A stretch of DNA of 64,000 bases from an uncultured Rhodospirillaceae bacterium (GTDB lineage Bacteria > Pseudomonadota > Alphaproteobacteria > UBA9219): positions 72,796 through 136,795 of the forward strand of contig CAYMGM010000002.1 of assembly GCA_964390005.1 (NCBI GenBank). Reading direction: 5' to 3'. A program made the translations under genes and the position numbers. Under the pieces are notes generated by a model. That model did not search any database and was not told the origin of the DNA. It worked only from the letters and a program-made list of their open reading frames with translations. Below are positions 57,928 through 64,000 of the stretch, one piece after another (position 1 is the stretch's first letter; every line of letters starts with the position of its first letter).

Positions 57928-59135
57928 GCGGATCCTGTCACAATCTTGTGAAAATAGAAAGAAGCGCGCAGGGGCGGGTTATTAACCATGACGCGACGCT
58001 TCCTTTATGGTCTACTGGGATAAAAGAAGCGGTTTCCCGTCCTCTTAAGCTGCCCTTTTGCCTTAAAACCATGCCAAAGACTTCTCAAACGTCTCAAGAT
58101 CTTTTTCAGACCCAGCTCACGCTTTTGGCGGCGCATGAGCCTTTTGATGTGCCTTTTCCCGAAGCCAAGCTTTCGGACGCTTTGAGGGATGACACCATCA
58201 ATCCCAACATTTTTATTTCAACGCGCCTTTATCACCTTCCCGGTTTTTTTGTCGCGCTTGGCCATGGATCGCCGGATTTAGCCCGTCTTTATCTGGATCA
58301 CCCGCGTCTTGATCGCTTAAGCCACGGCATGGATCACAGGCAAGACCGGTGCATCAGCTCGTTTGCCTATACGGCTTATCGCGCCATGGACAGAGACAGC
58401 GCTTTTGGCCATTCCCCCTCGCCCGATGCCTTGGCGGTTTTAAGCCTTTTAGGAAGCGATGCACGCCTTGTCCCCGACACCACCTGCATCGGTTATCGCT
58501 GCAACTGGAACGACAACTTGCTTGGCACCATGGCCTTACGTAACCCTGACAGCGCGCTTCCTCTGGCGATCGAATCCTTTTTATGCGTACGCGATCTTTA
58601 TCTTGCTCAAGAAAGAGAGGCTTTTTTCCAAGCCGATCTTATCGCCGCCGCAAAAGAGCTGAGCCTCTATCCAACATTAAGACGCCTAGACAAAAACACA
58701 TTCAGTCGATTCTATCCCGGCGCGGCCAAGATTATTGAAAGCATCGATTCAACATCTTTGGATCAAATGGTCACGGTCTCAAAAATTTGGGGAAGTCTTT
58801 TCACAGAAAAAGCAGGCCAGCTATTCAGTTTGGCTCCGCCATGCCAAAGCCCTATTGTTTTTGATTCCCAACGCTTCCAGACGACGCTCGTCGAAGCCGC
58901 CCGCACCGGCGTTTGCCGCGCCGGACAGCGCGAGGCCGTCGATATTTGGCATCCGCTTCACCTCAGCCCTTGCATTCGGACGGCTTGGCGTCTTTTAGAC
59001 CGCTTGAGCGAAGAGGCTCAAACCTGTCCTGACCTTCCCGCCGCCGCGCGAAAAAATGCAGCCCGTTGTCTTGGAATAATGACCCAAGAAAATCTTGAAA
59101 ACCGCGCGCTTCTCTCTGCGGCCAGCCCAAGTTAA
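57918..59135 (+). CDS. hypothetical protein, paralog of 56037..57107
   Basis: See 56037. Confidence 0.55.
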   Translation: MNARGSCHNLVKIERSAQGRVINHDATLPLWSTGIKEAVSRPLKLPFCLKTMPKTSQTSQDLFQTQLTLLAAHEPFDVPFPEAKLSDALRDDTINPNIFISTRLYHLPGFFVALGHGSPDLARLYLDHPRLDRLSHGMDHRQDRCISSFAYTAYRAMDRDSAFGHSPSPDALAVLSLLGSDARLVPDTTCIGYRCNWNDNLLGTMALRNPDSALPLAIESFLCVRDLYLAQEREAFFQADLIAAAKELSLYPTLRRLDKNTFSRFYPGAAKIIESIDSTSLDQMVTVSKIWGSLFTEKAGQLFSLAPPCQSPIVFDSQRFQTTLVEAARTGVCRAGQREAVDIWHPLHLSPCIRTAWRLLDRLSEEAQTCPDLPAAARKNAARCLGIMTQENLENRALLSAASPS

Positions 59136-59152
59136 AAAATCAATTTTCACTT

Positions 59153-59638
59153 TTAAAGACGCCGAACAACGCTTGTGTGCGTTAAAACGTCCTGGGGCAG
59201 TTTTTTCAACGTATCACTATAATCTATACGAAAGAGGTTCCTCTCTAATAAAATAAAGATAAAATAGATAAAAAGTAAAACCATGCAAATTTGTCGTGCC
59301 ATAGACCGCCAAAAGGAGAGTCTTTCTCCATTCATATCTGTCACACGCAGTCCTAGCATCGCTTTTCCAAGGCTCGCGCTTAGGATGGTTGTTTCTAAAA
59401 AACCAGCATACAACCAACCTGTCAGCACAAAGACACCTATATATGCATAAGATAAATGAGAGAGTACCAAACCATCCGTCACAACATTCTCTACCCAGAT
59501 GGCAGGAATGAAGGAGAGGCCTGCGGCCGTTCCTGCAGTTAAAATTCCATAGACAACAAATTGATCTATCACATAGGCGATAAAGCGCCGCCCCCAAAAA
59601 CGAGGCTCTGAGGACGTCCCCCCTAAATCTTCTATCAA
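59153..59638 (-). CDS. RDD-family membrane protein
   Basis: N-terminal RRFIAYVIDQ...and 3-4 TM helices. Overlaps the PBP1A stop by 4 nt. Confidence 0.55.
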   Translation of the reverse strand: MIEDLGGTSSEPRFWGRRFIAYVIDQFVVYGILTAGTAAGLSFIPAIWVENVVTDGLVLSHLSYAYIGVFVLTGWLYAGFLETTILSASLGKAMLGLRVTDMNGERLSFWRSMARQICMVLLFIYFIFILLERNLFRIDYSDTLKKLPQDVLTHTSVVRRL

Positions 59639-62163
59639 TACAGCCCCCCCGTTCCTGCTGTCGCGGGGCTGCTTGCCGCATTATCGCCTGCAACCGAACC
59701 ATTTTCTGGCGCCGGGGCGCTTTCTGATCCCGCCGGAGCCGCCGCTAATCCAGCCGCCGCCGCGCCATTCGCCGCGATGCCTGTGACATTTCCATCCAAA
59801 ACAGGGCGCGGCGCGCCTTCTTGCGGCTCGGTCCCCGGAATAAAGGCTTCCCAAATGGCTCCTTTATCCGACGGACTGGCCAAAGCCCCCGTGTCGGGGC
59901 GCACGCGCACCATACGCAGCCCCGGCGGCACGCGAAATGGCAGGGCTGGCTTGCCTTCCATCGCGCCCTTCATAAAACGCTCAAAAACAGGAATGGCAAG
60001 ACTGGCCCCTGTTTCATGACTGCCCAACGGCTTGGGATCGTCAAAGCCAACATAGACGGCGCAAACCAGATCGGGCGTAAAGCCTAAAAACCACGCATCC
60101 TTGCTGTCGTTTGTCGTTCCTGTTTTTCCAGCCAACGGAAAGCCGATATTTTTCATGCGGGCGGCTGTGCCGCGCTGAACGACGCCTTCCAAAATAGATG
60201 TCATTTGATAGGCTGTCCGCGGATCTTCAATTTGCTCTCGCTCATCCGGCACGTCGGGCGGCTGCATTCCCGGCGTCCAATAGGTCGCGACGCAATCGCC
60301 ACAAGCCCGCTTATCCGCACGCCAAATCGTGTGGCCTTCGCGGTCTTGCACACGGTCAATCAACGACGGGGTAATCTTTTTCCCGCCATTGACGATCATC
60401 CCATAAGCTGTCGCCATACGCAGCGGCGTCGTTTCTTTGGCCCCCAGCGAAAACGACAAAAGCGAAGGCATGTCATCGACAATCCCAAACTTTTTCGCAT
60501 ATTCGACGACGGTTTCCATGCCGATGGCATTGGCCAAGCGCACGGTCATCACATTGCGCGATTTTTCGATGCCAACGCGCAGCGGCGTCGGGCCATAAAA
60601 CTGCTGGGAATAATTTTCAGGCCGCCAAACAGGAAGCCCCGGCCCCTGTTCATATTCAAAAGGCGCGTCCAGAACGAGGCTAGAGGGCGTAAAGCCTTTA
60701 TCCAAAGCGGCCATATAGACGAACGGTTTGAAGGACGATCCCGGCTGACGCAGCGCCTGCGTTGCGCGATTAAACTGGCTGATCTGGGCACTGAACCCAC
60801 CGCTCATGGCTTTGACGCGCCCCGTATGAGGGTCAAGCGCGACAAGCGCGCCCTGGACCTGCGGCACTTGGCGCAAGGTATAACTTGCGGCAGGATAGTC
60901 TTTGCCTGCGGCATCTTTCAAAACAGGCTCGACCAAGATCACATCCCCCGCGGCCAGAACATCTGCCGGACGGCGAACCGCAGGGCCAAACGTATCGCCT
61001 GCCAGCTCGCGCCGTGCCCATTTCATCTCGGCCCATGGAATCTGTCCGCGCGCGCCGTCGATCACCGCGATTTCAGCCGCGTTATCCTTCAAGGCAAGAA
61101 CAACAGCCATTTGCCAACCGTCGCTGCCTGCTGGCGGCGCGATTTTTTTAAGTTGCGCTTGCCAATCTTGAAACGAAGCCATATGAGCCACGGGCCCGCG
61201 CCAACCGCGCGCGCGACGGTCATAATCGACCAAGCCATCGCGCAAAGCCGCCGTCGCCAGCGCTTGCATCGCCGGATCTAGCGACGTTTTCACAGCAAGA
61301 CCGCCTTCTAAAACAGGTTTCTCGCCAAAATCGGCAAGAAGCTGACGACGAACCTCTTCTGAAAAATAATCGGCTGACACCGTTTCCGCCTCGCCGCGGG
61401 CGCGCGTTAAAAGCGGGTCTTTTTTAGCGGCTTCGGCTTCGGCTTCCGTAATACGGCCATCTTCGGCCATACGCTGAATAACCCAGTTGCGCCGCGCAAC
61501 GGCGGCTTCATGTTCGCGCACGGGGTTATAGTTGTTCGGCCCTTTGGGCAAAGCCCCAAGATAGGCGGCCTCGGCAATGGTCAGTTCATCCAAAGACTTG
61601 TTGAAATAGTTCAACGCCGCCGCCGCCACACCATAGGAGCGGTTTCCAAGGAAAATTTCATTTAAATAAATCTCAAGAATACGGTCTTTAGACAAAACCT
61701 TTTCCATGCGGGTGGCCAAAATCATCTCGCGCACTTTGCGGGCGACCGAGACTTCATTCCCCAGCAGCATGTTCTTCGCCACCTGCTGCGTAATTGTCGA
61801 CGCCCCCATCGGACGCCGATCACGCCCAAGATTTTGCAGATTGGCCAACGCAGCGCGTACGATCCCGGTCACATCAACGCCGGGATGATGATAAAAATCT
61901 TGGTCTTCCGCGGATAAAAACGCGCCGATCACTCTTTGCGGAATGGCCGAAATAGGCACAAAAATGCGCTGTTCTGCCGCGATTGTCGCCATCATGCGTC
62001 CATCGTCGGCATAAACACGCGTTAAAATAGGCGGCTGATAATCCTTAAGCCCCGAGTAATCTGGCAAGCCTTCGGCATAGTGCTGAAACATAAAGATGAC
62101 GCCCAGAACGGCCAACGTAGCCAGCAAAAGCGCAAGCGAAAAAAGACCACCTATCAACCGCAT
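59635..62163 (-). CDS. mrcA: penicillin-binding protein 1A (bifunctional transglycosylase/transpeptidase) with Ala/Gly/Pro-rich C-terminal tail
   Basis: N-terminal TM. GT51 motifs (EDQDFYHHPGVD and the RKxxE region). Transpeptidase SxxK/SxN/KTG-type motifs (KTGTTND). Length 842 aa. Confidence 0.85.
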   Translation of the reverse strand: MRLIGGLFSLALLLATLAVLGVIFMFQHYAEGLPDYSGLKDYQPPILTRVYADDGRMMATIAAEQRIFVPISAIPQRVIGAFLSAEDQDFYHHPGVDVTGIVRAALANLQNLGRDRRPMGASTITQQVAKNMLLGNEVSVARKVREMILATRMEKVLSKDRILEIYLNEIFLGNRSYGVAAAALNYFNKSLDELTIAEAAYLGALPKGPNNYNPVREHEAAVARRNWVIQRMAEDGRITEAEAEAAKKDPLLTRARGEAETVSADYFSEEVRRQLLADFGEKPVLEGGLAVKTSLDPAMQALATAALRDGLVDYDRRARGWRGPVAHMASFQDWQAQLKKIAPPAGSDGWQMAVVLALKDNAAEIAVIDGARGQIPWAEMKWARRELAGDTFGPAVRRPADVLAAGDVILVEPVLKDAAGKDYPAASYTLRQVPQVQGALVALDPHTGRVKAMSGGFSAQISQFNRATQALRQPGSSFKPFVYMAALDKGFTPSSLVLDAPFEYEQGPGLPVWRPENYSQQFYGPTPLRVGIEKSRNVMTVRLANAIGMETVVEYAKKFGIVDDMPSLLSFSLGAKETTPLRMATAYGMIVNGGKKITPSLIDRVQDREGHTIWRADKRACGDCVATYWTPGMQPPDVPDEREQIEDPRTAYQMTSILEGVVQRGTAARMKNIGFPLAGKTGTTNDSKDAWFLGFTPDLVCAVYVGFDDPKPLGSHETGASLAIPVFERFMKGAMEGKPALPFRVPPGLRMVRVRPDTGALASPSDKGAIWEAFIPGTEPQEGAPRPVLDGNVTGIAANGAAAAGLAAAPAGSESAPAPENGSVAGDNAASSPATAGTGGLY

Positions 62164-62386
62164 AGCCTGATAAAGCCTTTCAAGAGAAAGAAAAGGACGC
62201 TGGATGCGGCGCCCCTTGAAGATAACCTGCCCCCTCTTTACCCTTTTTTAAGGCCTTTGTCAGCCATCGCCATTCTCAGCCGACAAAAAAACTTAAGAGC
62301 CCGTATCGGCATGTCTTTCAATATTTTATCAAATCTTTTGCGCTAGGATGGTCTTCATTCAAGAATGATATAATCAGGACACGAAG

Positions 62387-63079
62387 ATGGATGCGAACGA
62401 AACGTCTTTCAGCACATCGAATTTTAAACGGGCCCTAGAAGACTATAGAAACGAGCTTTTTACTATCTATCATCTGATGGTCATGCTTGCCACCGAGATG
62501 CATCTTCTTCCCGATCCGCGTTATGCCAACGATGCCGCACGTTTGGATAGCCTTGCGCCAGAAGCTTTCAGCGCACTTTTAAACCGTGCGCGCCATTATT
62601 CCATTTTTGAAAATCGTCAAACGGAAAACAAAAACCGGATCAGGCCCTTTCCTCGTCGCTATTTGCATCCGGCCAGCTGCGAAGTCGTTCAGGGCAAAGA
62701 ACAAAGGCAGGCCTTGATTGCCTCGATGCGAAGCAACAAAAACAGCTTGGAGAAGTTAAGAGCCAAAGTCCGCGAACTCAATCGAACGGAATCCGCCGTG
62801 CATTTTAAACGTGCCTTTAACGAAGCCCTTAAACTGACAGGCCTATCGCACGGCCTTTTTCGAGATCCGCCCGAGATAAATGAAGCGCAACAAAAAAGCA
62901 AAACAAAGATGGGGCCGTTTTTTCTCAACGCTTCAACCCCTTTTTTGACGACACCGGCCATGAAAAAAGAATTAGCGCGTTTTGGCTTATCGCCTGAAAA
63001 AATGCTGTCGCGCCCACGGTCTGGCTCAACAAATTTCCATCAACTTCCGCCTCACTTGCGCCCCAAGGCTGGGTCTTGA
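62387..63079 (+). CDS. hypothetical protein (230 aa)
   Basis: ORF only. Confidence 0.45.
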   Translation: MDANETSFSTSNFKRALEDYRNELFTIYHLMVMLATEMHLLPDPRYANDAARLDSLAPEAFSALLNRARHYSIFENRQTENKNRIRPFPRRYLHPASCEVVQGKEQRQALIASMRSNKNSLEKLRAKVRELNRTESAVHFKRAFNEALKLTGLSHGLFRDPPEINEAQQKSKTKMGPFFLNASTPFLTTPAMKKELARFGLSPEKMLSRPRSGSTNFHQLPPHLRPKAGS

Positions 63080-63081
63080 CC

Positions 63082-63696
63082 TTATCCCCCAACGGCTTGA
63101 AAAAAAGCATTAACGCAAGCGACTCCATCGCGATCGCGCACGTCTTCGATAGATCGCTCGGTCTCGCTGGATAAAAACCCGACCAAAAGCCACTGAAGCG
63201 TGTTGGCTGCCACACGCGGCGACCAACCGGGCGCTAACAATTTAAGGCGCTGCGCCTTTTCAAAAAAACGCGTAAAACGTTCAACGACGCGATCCTTGCA
63301 AGTCAAACGACGCTCGACCAAAGCTTCCATGCCGTCAATAATCTCACACTTATGCATTAAAATCGAAAAAACGCGGCGGCGCTGAAAATCGCGCACCATG
63401 GATTTCATCATATCGACGCACGCCTGACGCAAATCTTCAAGCGGCGTTTTGGAATCGCTGGCTAAAAGCCTTTCCAAAAGGTCTTCTTGCGGCAAATAAA
63501 TACGCTGCCCCATAGCTTCTAAAATCGCGGCCTTGTCTCGGAAATGCCAATAAACCGCGCCGCGCGTCACCCCCGCACAGGAAGCGATATCCTGCATGGA
63601 TGTATAAGAAACGCCCTTTTCATAAAAGACTTTTTCCGCTGCGTCTAAAATTGCGTCGCGCGTTTTTTCCGCCTCTTCCTTTGTCCGCCGAACCAT
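63082..63696 (-). CDS. TetR/AcrR-family transcriptional regulator
   Basis: N-terminal HTH TRDAILDAAEKVFYEKGVSYTSMQDIASCAGVTRGAVYWHFRDKAAI closely resembles AcrR. Confidence 0.8.
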   Translation of the reverse strand: MVRRTKEEAEKTRDAILDAAEKVFYEKGVSYTSMQDIASCAGVTRGAVYWHFRDKAAILEAMGQRIYLPQEDLLERLLASDSKTPLEDLRQACVDMMKSMVRDFQRRRVFSILMHKCEIIDGMEALVERRLTCKDRVVERFTRFFEKAQRLKLLAPGWSPRVAANTLQWLLVGFLSSETERSIEDVRDRDGVACVNAFFQAVGG

Positions 63697-63872
63697 GGGA
63701 ATTCTCCCTCAAGTTTTCGCTTTACATACATTCATGAATGGATGTATAAGCGCCCTATGGGTGGTTGTAAAGCCTAAAAGATATATTCGCTGAAAGCCTG
63801 AAACGCCCACCAATAGAAAAGTTTGTTAAGACAAAACGGGTTTTGGCCTTGGATAAAAAAGGAAAAGACGCT

Positions 63873-64000
63873 ATGAAGAAGAGCCTTTTGCCCTTTTCTC
63901 CCCGGCCTTTTGACACAGGAAAAACCTCTATGCTTATGCGCCCTCTTTCGACGGCATCCGTAGTCTGTCTTGCGCTCGCTCTTGGCGGCTGCGCGGTTGG
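63873..64000 (+). CDS. 5' end of a lipoprotein gene divergent from the TetR regulator (possibly an efflux-pump periplasmic adaptor); truncated by the window edge
   Basis: AAGGA Shine-Dalgarno. Signal with lipobox LALGGC. Its divergent position to an AcrR-like regulator suggests an efflux operon. Confidence 0.3.
   Translation, partial: MKKSLLPFSPRPFDTGKTSMLMRPLSTASVVCLALALGGCAV

Noticed and set aside
60205-61281. 358-aa + strand ORF inside the PBP1A gene
   Set aside because: It lies antisense to a clear bifunctional PBP. It is a His/Arg-rich artefact.
1-64000. CRISPR arrays, rRNA genes, IS transposases
   Set aside because: I scanned for regularly spaced short direct repeats, 16S/23S-like conserved stretches and transposase DDE/HTH ORFs and found none. 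The only regular repeats are the iteron cluster and the tRNA-derived repeats described above.

Overview
This 64-kb window looks like an alphaproteobacterial chromosome (about 55-60% GC) with conserved gene order. The core genes are: metF-metE; a HAD phosphatase; xerD with an upstream Ala-rich secreted protein; aroK-aroB; a complete 14-gene nuoA-N operon on the minus strand; birA, coaX, RNase J, a NUDIX hydrolase and tag; recX; prfB with the classic +1 programmed frameshift; PBP1A; and a TetR regulator. Three tRNA genes are present: Ala-GGC, Arg-CCG and Asp-GTC. The main accessory feature is a roughly 10.4-kb integrative element inserted at the 3' end of tRNA-Arg(CCG). It is bounded by a 52-bp direct repeat of the tRNA 3' half (about 19035-19086 and 29458-29509). 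It carries a P4-type tyrosine integrase, an AlpA-like regulator, a P4-alpha-like primase/helicase and a putative iteron origin just downstream of that primase. Its AT-rich cargo block holds seven co-oriented genes. Three are unknown proteins in a tight operon (19436-21612), which I regard as the best candidate for an undescribed system, possibly anti-phage or accessory. The other four are a secreted module: a DUF3761-like Cys-rich protein, a periplasmic PLD-family Nuc endonuclease and a secreted protein of unknown function. A second small accessory patch lies next to tRNA-Ala: two 110-bp direct repeats built from tRNA-Ala fragments plus a GC hairpin flank a single membrane-protein gene. Other points worth a second look are an inositol-monophosphatase/2H-phosphoesterase fusion protein, a pair of paralogous lineage-specific proteins, an HExxH protein pair beside tRNA-Asp and a secreted Cys/Trp repeat protein just outside attR. 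I saw no CRISPR array, rRNA gene or IS transposase. All calls come from reading the translated ORFs and the DNA by eye; no database search was possible. By-eye coordinates may be off by 1-2 nt.
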